A DNA stretch of 64,000 nucleotides from Alistipes sp. Its GTDB lineage: Bacteria; Bacteroidota; Bacteroidia; Bacteroidales; Rikenellaceae. The notes under the pieces were generated by a model that ran no database searches, was not told the origin of the DNA, and saw nothing but the letters and a program-made list of their open reading frames with translations. Numbering within the stretch: position 1 is the first letter of the stretch; each line of letters opens with the position of its first letter. Shown here piece after piece: positions 58,426 through 64,000 of the stretch. Both the position numbers and the translations under genes were made by a program. The stretch is taken from NCBI GenBank assembly GCA_017398695.1, contig JAFQFG010000193.1, positions 2,542 through 66,541 on the forward strand, read 5' to 3'.

Positions 58426-59775
58426 TTATAATCTGAAAAGTCCCATATTATACAGGAAAATCGACAATAGCAATATCGGACATACATATCGTAACAATAC
58501 AACAAGCAGACCGAAAAGTCGCCCCTTTAATCTACCATGGTCTGAAATTTCATCGCGCAGAATCTCTCTGTCGAGCACCCAGCCTGCAAAAATCGAGGTG
58601 AAGAATCCTCCCAACGGAAGCAGGATGTTTGCCGTCACGAAGTCGAGAGAGTCAAAGATGTTGAGTCCGCAAATTTTGAAATCACTCCACACTCCCAACG
58701 AGAGAGATGATGCGCAAGCCAACAATGTGGTGACGATGGTCACAATCCACGCTGCAACCTTGCGCGACATGTGCCACTCCTCATGCAAGTAGGCGGTCAG
58801 TACCTCATGCAACGAGATGGTCGATGTCAAAGCTGCAAAGACCAACAGCAGAAAGAATATGGTCGACCACAACGGACCGAAAGCCATCGTATTGAAGATG
58901 CTTGGCAAGGTGACGAAGACCAGCGAGGGGCCCGATGTGGGCTCGATGCCGACGCTAAAGACCACCGGAAAGATGACCATGCCTGCCAATATGGCCACCA
59001 GCGTATCGAGAGCAACCACATTATATGCCGTATTTTGAAGGTTGGTCTTATCGCTGAAGTAAGAGGAGTAGGTGATCATACATCCCAATCCTATCGACAG
59101 CGAGAAGAATGCCTGACCCATAGCATCGAGGAAGGTCTTGGCCGAGACCTTCGAGAAGTCGGGGGTGAAGAGGAATCGCAAGCCCTCCAAGCCGTTAGGC
59201 ATTGTCACAGCCCTCACGGCAAGGATGATTAGCATGATGAAGAGTACGGGCATTAACATCTTCGAGGAGCGCTCGATGCCCTTCTGAACACCGAGGGCGA
59301 TGATTACGTGGGTGAGCAGGGCGAAGATGATGGTGTAGATTACGGGGCGCATCGGGTCGGTTGTGAATGCGGCAAATCGCTCGGCATTTATTGTCGAGGA
59401 TGTGTATTCGGCAATGGCGCCCGATACGGATGAGGTGAAATACTCGAGCGTCCAACCCGACACCACAAAGTAAAATCCCAAGATCAGCAGTGACGATATG
59501 GCACTGTTATAGCCCAAGAATGACCATCGCTTTGCAAGTGAGCGATATGCTCCGACAGCGTTCTTGTGGGTGTGACGGCCAACAGTGAACTCTGCCAACA
59601 GCACGGGGATGCCGAGTAGCAGTATGCAGCCTATGTATATTGCCAAAAACGCACCACCGCCATTTTCTCCGGCAACGTATGGAAAACGCCAGATGTTTCC
59701 CAATCCCACGGCACTGCCTGCCGCCACCAGAACGGCACTCAATCGGCCGCCTAAAGATGCTCTCTTCTCTCCCAT
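58426..59775 (-). CDS. Sodium-dependent transporter, NSS/SNF family
   Basis: GSAVGLGNIWRFP, GGGAF, QAFFSLSIG. Confidence 0.92.
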   Translation of the reverse strand: MGEKRASLGGRLSAVLVAAGSAVGLGNIWRFPYVAGENGGGAFLAIYIGCILLLGIPVLLAEFTVGRHTHKNAVGAYRSLAKRWSFLGYNSAISSLLILGFYFVVSGWTLEYFTSSVSGAIAEYTSSTINAERFAAFTTDPMRPVIYTIIFALLTHVIIALGVQKGIERSSKMLMPVLFIMLIILAVRAVTMPNGLEGLRFLFTPDFSKVSAKTFLDAMGQAFFSLSIGLGCMITYSSYFSDKTNLQNTAYNVVALDTLVAILAGMVIFPVVFSVGIEPTSGPSLVFVTLPSIFNTMAFGPLWSTIFFLLLVFAALTSTISLHEVLTAYLHEEWHMSRKVAAWIVTIVTTLLACASSLSLGVWSDFKICGLNIFDSLDFVTANILLPLGGFFTSIFAGWVLDREILRDEISDHGRLKGRLFGLLVVLLRYVCPILLLSIFLYNMGLFRL

Positions 59776-59821
59776 TATCTTTTTCTCATTAATCTAACTT
59801 TAACCCTCTTCCATCTCCTCT

Positions 59822-60175
59822 CTATCCCTCGAGAGTAACGCTGACCTTGCTGATTTTGCCTCCGAGTGGCGGGGCTAACTTCGACACGGTACACCTAACT
59901 TCGCTCACGGCCGGAAATTCGGCCTTGATGGCTGTGATGATATTCATTGCCACGCGCTCGATGGTACGCTGCTTAATCTGCATCTGTCGGGCAACCGATT
60001 GATAGACATCGAGATAGTTTACAGCCTTCTCGACACAATCCTCTGCCGCCACATCTCCCAGCTCGGTGGTGAGGCTCAATTCAACGCAAAAACGGTTGCC
60101 GACCTGCTGTTCCAGGTCGTAGCAACCGTGATATGCGTGAAACTCCATTTCGGAGAGTCGTATTTCGTAGCTCAT
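59822..60175 (-). CDS. folB: Dihydroneopterin aldolase
   Basis: FHAYHGC..EQ..G.RF, VNY, K..PP. Confidence 0.88.
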   Translation of the reverse strand: MSYEIRLSEMEFHAYHGCYDLEQQVGNRFCVELSLTTELGDVAAEDCVEKAVNYLDVYQSVARQMQIKQRTIERVAMNIITAIKAEFPAVSEVRCTVSKLAPPLGGKISKVSVTLEG

Positions 60176-61471
60176 CTACTCGACAGTTACAAGGTAGTAG
60201 TTCTTCTTGCCTCGCTGCACAAGCAGATACTTGCCTGCAATAAGATCGTCAGCGGTCACAGCTCGCATCGGGTCCGAAACCTTCTCCTTCGAGAGTGAGA
60301 CTCCTCCGCCCTGAATCATCTTGCGGCACTCGCCCTTCGAGGGGAATATCTGAGTCTTTTCGGCACACAGGTCGACGAAGCTACAGCCCAAATCCTCGCT
60401 CGAAATCTTGAATTGAGGAACTCCCTCGAATACCTGCAACAGAGTCTGCTCGTCCAGACGGTGCAGTGCCTCCGATGTCGCTCCACCAAAGAGAATCTGC
60501 GAAGCCTCAACAGCCTTTTCATACTCCTCTGCCGAGTGAATCATTGTGGTAATCTCCTTGGCTAAAGCCTTCTGCAGTACGCGCAGGTGTGGCGCAGCAT
60601 CGTGCTCCTCGATAAGAGAGTCAATTGTGGCCTTATCGAGCAGGGTGAAGATCTTGATATAGCGCTTGGCATCGTCATCGCTCACGTTGAGCCAGAATTG
60701 GTAGAACTTGTAGGGCGAGGTGTAGCGGGCATCAAGCCATACGTTTCCACTCTCGGTCTTACCGAACTTCGTACCGTCGGCCTTGGTGATCAGCGGGCAG
60801 GTGATAGCAAAAGCCTCCGACTCCGAGCCAAGTTTGCGACGGATAAGCTCCGTACCGGTGGTGATATTGCCCCACTGGTCGGCACCGCCCAACTGAACCT
60901 TGCAGTTCATCGTCTGGTAGAGGTGCAGGAAGTCATAGCCTTGCAGCAACTGATAGGTGAACTCGGTGAAGGACATGCCGTCACCCTCGCCATTAAAGCG
61001 CTTCTTGACAGAATCCTTTGCCATCATATAGTTCACAGTGATACACTTGCCGATATCACGAGCGAAGTCCAAGAATGAAAACTCCTTCATCCAGTCGTAG
61101 TTGTTCACAAGCACTGCAGCGTTGGGTGTATCCGAGTCGAAGTCGAGCAACTTGGCCAGCTGACGCTTGATTGCCTCCTGATTGTGGCGCAGGGTGGCTT
61201 CGTCCAGCAGGTTGCGCTCTTGCGACTTACCGCTCGGATCGCCAATCATTCCCGTAGCACCTCCGATGAGAGCTATGGGGCGGTGTCCGCACATCTGCAG
61301 GTGCTTGAGAATCATCACACCTACCAAGTGTCCGATATGCAGTGAATCGGCAGTCGGGTCGATACCGAGGTATGCCGTTGTCATCTCCTTTGCAAGTTGC
61401 TCTTCGGCTCCGGGCATGATTGTGTGAATCATACCGCGCCACTGCAACTCTTCAACAAAATTTTTAGCCAT
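60176..61471 (-). CDS. tyrS: Tyrosine--tRNA ligase
   Basis: [25 protein letters not shown]4 tail GKKNY. Confidence 0.97.
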   Translation of the reverse strand: MAKNFVEELQWRGMIHTIMPGAEEQLAKEMTTAYLGIDPTADSLHIGHLVGVMILKHLQMCGHRPIALIGGATGMIGDPSGKSQERNLLDEATLRHNQEAIKRQLAKLLDFDSDTPNAAVLVNNYDWMKEFSFLDFARDIGKCITVNYMMAKDSVKKRFNGEGDGMSFTEFTYQLLQGYDFLHLYQTMNCKVQLGGADQWGNITTGTELIRRKLGSESEAFAITCPLITKADGTKFGKTESGNVWLDARYTSPYKFYQFWLNVSDDDAKRYIKIFTLLDKATIDSLIEEHDAAPHLRVLQKALAKEITTMIHSAEEYEKAVEASQILFGGATSEALHRLDEQTLLQVFEGVPQFKISSEDLGCSFVDLCAEKTQIFPSKGECRKMIQGGGVSLSKEKVSDPMRAVTADDLIAGKYLLVQRGKKNYYLVTVE

Positions 61472-61535
61472 TTTCGTAAATTTTATATCGTTTTTATATC
61501 TGTTTCTACTCTCTGTAACATCGCTCTCAGCCTTA

Positions 61536-63374
61536 TTACTCCACCTCGAGGTCGAGCACCTTCTTCAACTCGAGATACGTCGGATTCTTACTCTCGATAT
61601 GAGCCATCCTATCCTCCAGCTTTATGGGACGCATCTTGCGAACCTCCTCCTTGACCGTAATGACGAACTCCATCGACCCATTCACTCCCGCAACCTCGGC
61701 AATCTTGAGCAGTATCTCGGTGGCTGAGAGCAAAATCTCCTCGCGTAGAGAGTCGCTCGGCACGGTAAGGCATATCTTATCTCCATCGAATGTCATCCCC
61801 TCGAATGCCACGATAAAGCGCGGACGTTCGTGGTTGATCATCTCGATAATTGCCGTACGTGCCGCAGTTAGTTTCTCTACCGTGTGTGGGTCTATGTCGG
61901 TCGAGCCCGAAGAGTCACCGCTTTGCTCACCGGTGCTTTCAGCCATGTAGGACCCTCGAAGCAACGACGATATCGAAGCGCCCGAAAGCGGAGAGTGTGT
62001 CGTTGACGATATGGGATTCGGTGCGGGACTTTTTGAGATCTCAGGCCTGGATGCTTGCCGTGGCTCGGCAGCAGTTGCCGCGGGAGAACACTCCGGTTTG
62101 TGTTGCGGTTGAGCAACAGAGACTTTAGCCTCGGCCTGAGCCGCGCGTTCCGTGGTTGTGCCCTCATTGGCTGTCACGGATGTCTGCACCGCAGGTTGAG
62201 GTGTCGCAGGTGTTGTGGGTGTAGGTATACCCTTGGGGAGCTCGGGCAGAGGGTACTCTGCAACAGCAGCTACGGGTTCATTTTTTTTTTGACCGAGTGC
62301 CGCAATCTTCATCAGCCCCAGTTCCACAAGCAAGCGTTGATTAGACGACTGCCGTATCTTGCCATCAGCATCGGTCAGCACCGATATAGCACCGAAGAGG
62401 AAGCCCGGGTCGCAGTTGGCAGCTTGCGCACGATAACGCTCGAGCAGCGTGCCTGTGAACTCTATAAGCGAGATTGCCGGCCCCTTGGCAACCAAAAGAT
62501 CGCGAAGGTGTTGGTTGAGTCCGGCCATAAATATTTGACCCGAGAAACCGTTCGACAGCACCTTGTCGAAGAGCAACAGCGCATCGACATAGTTGCCGGC
62601 GAGCAGCAGTTCGGTCATCTTGAAGTAGGTGTCGTAGTCCAGCACGTTGAGTGTCTGTGCCACGTTGCGATACTCGAGCGTTTGGCCACAAAATGACACG
62701 GCCTTGTCGAACATCGACAACGCATCACGCATACCTCCGTCGGCCTTGCGAGCGATGAGGTTCAACGATTCGTCATCGGCTGTAATCCCCTCTTGCGAAG
62801 CAATATAGCGCAGATACTCGACCCCATCTTCAACGCGGATACGGTTGAAATCGTAGATCTGGCAACGCGACAGAATGGTCGGGATAATCTTGTGCTTCTC
62901 GGTGGTTGCAAGGATGAATATTGCATGTGCAGGCGGCTCCTCCAAAGTCTTGAGGAAGGCATTGAAGGCCTGCTGCGAGAGCATGTGGACCTCATCGATG
63001 ATGAAAACCGAGTAGTGACCTACCTGCGGAATGATTCGCACCTGCTCAATAAGGTTGCGGATGTCGTCTACCGAGTTATTCGATGCGGCATCCAACTCGT
63101 GGATGTTAAGCGAGCGATTTTCGTTGAAGGTGCGACACGATTCGCACTCGTTGCACGCCTCAGCACCCACTGGATTCATGCAGTTTATCGCCTTGGCAAA
63201 GATGCGGGCGCAGGTGGTCTTGCCCACTCCGCGTGGTCCGCAAAAGAGGTAGGCGTGAGCCAACTGTCCGCGCTCGATTGCATTCTTGAGGGTCGAAGTG
63301 ATATGCTTCTGACCGACAACCGAGGCAAAGGTCGCGGGACGATATTTTCTTGCACTGACGATAAAGTTCTCCAT
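61536..63374 (-). CDS. dnaX: DNA polymerase III subunit gamma/tau
   Basis: [14 protein letters not shown], Zn Cys cluster, DEVHML, SRC; internal A10 run. Confidence 0.96.
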   Translation of the reverse strand: MENFIVSARKYRPATFASVVGQKHITSTLKNAIERGQLAHAYLFCGPRGVGKTTCARIFAKAINCMNPVGAEACNECESCRTFNENRSLNIHELDAASNNSVDDIRNLIEQVRIIPQVGHYSVFIIDEVHMLSQQAFNAFLKTLEEPPAHAIFILATTEKHKIIPTILSRCQIYDFNRIRVEDGVEYLRYIASQEGITADDESLNLIARKADGGMRDALSMFDKAVSFCGQTLEYRNVAQTLNVLDYDTYFKMTELLLAGNYVDALLLFDKVLSNGFSGQIFMAGLNQHLRDLLVAKGPAISLIEFTGTLLERYRAQAANCDPGFLFGAISVLTDADGKIRQSSNQRLLVELGLMKIAALGQKKNEPVAAVAEYPLPELPKGIPTPTTPATPQPAVQTSVTANEGTTTERAAQAEAKVSVAQPQHKPECSPAATAAEPRQASRPEISKSPAPNPISSTTHSPLSGASISSLLRGSYMAESTGEQSGDSSGSTDIDPHTVEKLTAARTAIIEMINHERPRFIVAFEGMTFDGDKICLTVPSDSLREEILLSATEILLKIAEVAGVNGSMEFVITVKEEVRKMRPIKLEDRMAHIESKNPTYLELKKVLDLEVE

Positions 63375-63434
63375 AGCACCACAAAAGTAGTGAAAATTTT
63401 GATAATAACGACAAACTCGCTACGGAATATGCTC

Positions 63435-64000
63435 TTATCTCACCACAATCTTGTGGTGTCCGGCTTCGAGGATGAGGGTTTCGGCCGTTGTGTCACCACT
63501 CTCGAGGCTCGAATAGCCCTGTGGCAACTCAACAATGGCAGTAGTTTTTTCGGGTACAGCAAGTTCTATTTCGAGGTTCTCGCCATTGCGAATGGCTCTC
63601 ATCTCGATATTGCCAAAAGGTGTGGGCACAACGCTGTGTACGCGCTTGAGTGTTGCGAGGTTCGGGCAAACACGGAACTCTTCAAATGCGGGCTTCAGGG
63701 GTGAGATGCCGGCAATAAACTCCGAGAGAATCGTGAGCCCGCCGCCACTCCATGCGTGGTTGTAGGTGCCATTGCCCGATTGGTACTTCATGCCACGTCC
63801 GCCTGTATACTCCCATCCTTCCCAGAGGGTCGAATACTCGGATGCAACCATCTTCCCAAAGCGTTTTTCGAGTCGGACAAGAGCATCCTCATAGTAGCCC
63901 ATGCGGCACAGAGCCTCAAGTACATACTTCTCCATATAGGGGCTGGCGTTGTAGTGTGTTGCCAGGAATTTTCTGATAATCGGATATTTCGCTTCGGGTA
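63435..64000 (-). CDS. GH78 alpha-L-rhamnosidase-like protein, C-terminal part (start lies outside the window)
   Basis: Frame is open to the window end; ASPYMEKYV, TLWEGW, NHAWSGG, VPTPFG. Confidence 0.8.
   Translation of the reverse strand, partial: PEAKYPIIRKFLATHYNASPYMEKYVLEALCRMGYYEDALVRLEKRFGKMVASEYSTLWEGWEYTGGRGMKYQSGNGTYNHAWSGGGLTILSEFIAGISPLKPAFEEFRVCPNLATLKRVHSVVPTPFGNIEMRAIRNGENLEIELAVPEKTTAIVELPQGYSSLESGDTTAETLILEAGHHKIVVR

Overview
Chromosomal window from a Bacteroidota genome, most likely Rikenellaceae/Alistipes-like. The basis is the TAnnTTTG -7 promoter motifs, the tgt-lptF/G-mqnE-PASTA-rluD gene order, DUF3078 and the A-rich translation starts. It holds about 52 CDS, mostly housekeeping, carbohydrate and envelope genes. 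I found no rRNA, tRNA, CRISPR array, transposase or prophage. The centre (28-56 kb) has two compact, Firmicutes-style nucleotide biosynthesis operons: purE-purL-purF-purM-purN-purH-purD-folD and pyrC-carB-pyrK-pyrD-pyrF-(grx)-pyrE-pyrB. Most notable signals: (1) PurF has lost its N-terminal catalytic Cys and the glutamine-binding Arg, and carB has no adjacent carA, which together suggest ammonia-dependent entry into both pathways. (2) Both operons have a short leader ORF directly followed by a strong hairpin, making them candidate attenuators; the pur leader is Gln-rich (MRQQRQHQGLA). (3) PyrB carries a fused PyrI-type zinc domain only. (4) dnaX has an A10-TGA slippage site that would give tau and gamma forms. 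(5) A DEAD-box helicase has a ~90-aa charged insertion. (6) There are two families of small palindromic intergenic repeats. All calls come from motif recognition by eye; no database searches were run.
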